Shown here: one piece after another, positions 62,401-64,000 of the stretch
Position numbering within the stretch: the first letter of the stretch is position 1
Layout: each line of letters starts with the position of its first letter
Origin: Raja brachyura
Lineage: Eukaryota
DNA: 64,000 bases
Assembly: GCA_963514005.1 (NCBI GenBank)
Contig: OY740785.1
Coordinates: forward strand, 40,982,001 to 41,046,000
Direction: 5' to 3'
The notes under the pieces: model-generated
The model's input: only the letters and a program-made list of their open reading frames with translations
What the model was told of the DNA's origin: nothing
Databases searched by the model: none
Program-made: the position numbers and the translations under genes

Positions 62401-62810
62401 TTCCAGTGGCACCTGTTGTGCCTGTTTCCCCAGCACCGTTACCGTTTCCTGGCTCTGTTCCGCCAGTCCCACTTGTATTGCCCGTCCCGCCCCTTGTTTC
62501 CACTCGGTCCGGTCGCATCATCCGGCCTCCTGCTCGGCCCCATACCTCGGGTTCTGGGGGGGGGGGGGGTGGGAGGGTCCTGTAGCGGCACCTAGTAGTG
62601 GCTTGGGGCATCATAAACCCTCGCTATTGGCTGGCAAAGTCATGTGATCGCGGGGGTATTTCGGCAGGTTTTTGTATAGTCTTCATTCAAGCTCCACCCT
62701 GTTAGAAGGAGCTTTGTATAATTTGGCTGATCTAAAACACGGTTGAGTTAAATGCTTTGTTATCGATTAAAATAAGTAATTATACTTAACTCAGCTGACT
62801 CGTCTCGCCA
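59406..62810 (+). mobile_element. Decayed Gypsy provirus, CsRn1/Kabuki-like clade
   Basis: LTRs 59406-59634 and 62581-62810 (TG...CA); PBS TGGTGACCCCG (tRNA-Trp); G-rich PPT; TSD-like atat/acat; gag KLPFLW...EAQF and WCYYH; protease FLVDSGS; RNase H DRELLA...TDHKPL; integrase VDLVGPLP, TDRG, GNGLVE; EGPF. Confidence 0.93.
59638..59648 (+). promoter_or_regulatory. Primer-binding site (tRNA-Trp)
   Basis: TGGTGACCCCG 3 nt after the 5' LTR, complementary to the 3' end of eukaryotic tRNA-Trp. Confidence 0.8.
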
Positions 62811-63009
62811 ACATATCCTCCATCTCAGTTTATTTTTCAAAACTCTCGTTTAGGCTTCTCTTTTAAAAATCCTGAAACTGACAACGTGCAGCTTGCCAAT
62901 AATTTCTCACTCTTTCTTTACTAAACCACTGTGTGATCTTCAATCTCAAATCTCCACCTCCTATTTAGCAATCTTTACTTGTTGGTATAATTATAGAATA
63001 TGTTGTACA

Positions 63010-63613
63010 GGGCTTCTGCAGTTGTACAGGGCCCTAGTGAGACCACACCTGGAGTATTGTGTGCAGTTTTGGTTTCCCAATTTGAGGAAGGACATTCTTG
63101 CTATTGAGGGGGTGAAGCATAGGTTCACGAGGTTAATTCCCGGGACGGCAGGACTGTCATATGTTGAAAGAATGGAGCAGCTGGGCTTGTATACTGGAAT
63201 TTAGAAGGATGAGAGGGGATCTTATTGAAACATATAAGATTAGTAAGGGATTGGACACGCTAGAGGCAGGAAACATGTTTCTGTTGTTGAGGGAGTCCAG
63301 AACCAGGAGCCACAGTTTAAGAATAAGGGGTAAGCCATTTAGAACGGTGATGAGGAAACACTTTCCCACTCAGAGAGTTGTGTGTCCGTGGAATTCTCTG
63401 CCCCCGAGGGCGGTGGAGGCCGGTTCTCTGGATGCTTTCAAGAGAGAACTAGACAGAGCTCTTAAAGATAGAGGAGCCAAATGATATGGGGAGAAGGCAG
63501 GAACTGGGTCTTGTTTGTAAATGATCAGCCATGATCACATTGAATGACAGTGCTGGCTTGAAGGGCCGAATGGCCAACTCCTGCACCTACTGTCTATTGT
63601 CTATTGTCTATTG
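63010..63613 (+). mobile_element. CR1 3' fragment
   Basis: LLQLYRALVRPHLEYCVQFW...; (tctattg)n tail. Confidence 0.9.
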
Positions 63614-64000
63614 TTGTTTTCTCTTTCAAAAATTGATAACCTCTTTTAAATCTTGCTCTCCTTGGAAGAACCACAATTTAAATAGAATAAATTATGTCAT
63701 ACATTAAAAGGTAAACATTATTGTAATGTTTGATAGTTTGATAATTTCCTGTGTCCCAGTTACCTATGGATTTATAGGCAACAATGTCATATTAATTGAA
63801 TTTGTAATTTGTTTAATTAGCTGATGAGTTTCCAGACCAACTATAATGGCCATTGGAAAAAAGTTATTGACAACTGATTATAAATCAACTACAAATTTGA
63901 CACATTTCCTTTAATATTTAATATTGCAACAATATTTTCTGGAGAGGTTTTTTTTTTATTGTGATCTTAGAACAATAATTCACTGTTTTGTGTGCTGTCA

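Overview
Vertebrate nuclear DNA, most likely a cartilaginous fish such as a skate or ray. This is inferred from the HE1/V-SINE-like SINEs and HER1-like CR1 LINEs, not from a database search. The window is intronic or intergenic and dominated by repeats; I cannot support any host protein-coding gene. Contents: (i) many CR1-clade LINE fragments, including a near-full-length copy with an intact zinc-finger/SGNH-esterase ORF1 but a deleted RT core; (ii) Rex1/Babar-like and RTE-like fragments; (iii) tRNA-headed V-SINEs; (iv) Penelope-like elements (PLEs, GIY-YIG) and about 15 short PLE derivatives carrying a minimal hammerhead-ribozyme-like motif; (v) four PIF/Harbinger-type MITEs, one holding a ~2.65-kb G-run minisatellite; (vi) three copies of a non-autonomous Helitron family, the two complete copies built from duplicated promoter-like blocks and differing minisatellite arrays; (vii) a decayed CsRn1-like Gypsy provirus and a second Gypsy 3' end; (viii) two assembly gaps. 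The most interesting signals are the modular Helitron, the hammerhead-bearing PLE derivatives, templated inverted insertions at retroelement 5' junctions, a 147-bp TSD-flanked structured retroposon, the G-run array inside a MITE, and an unexplained glycoprotein-like reading frame at the left edge. Repeat boundaries were read by eye and are approximate unless a TSD or terminus is quoted.
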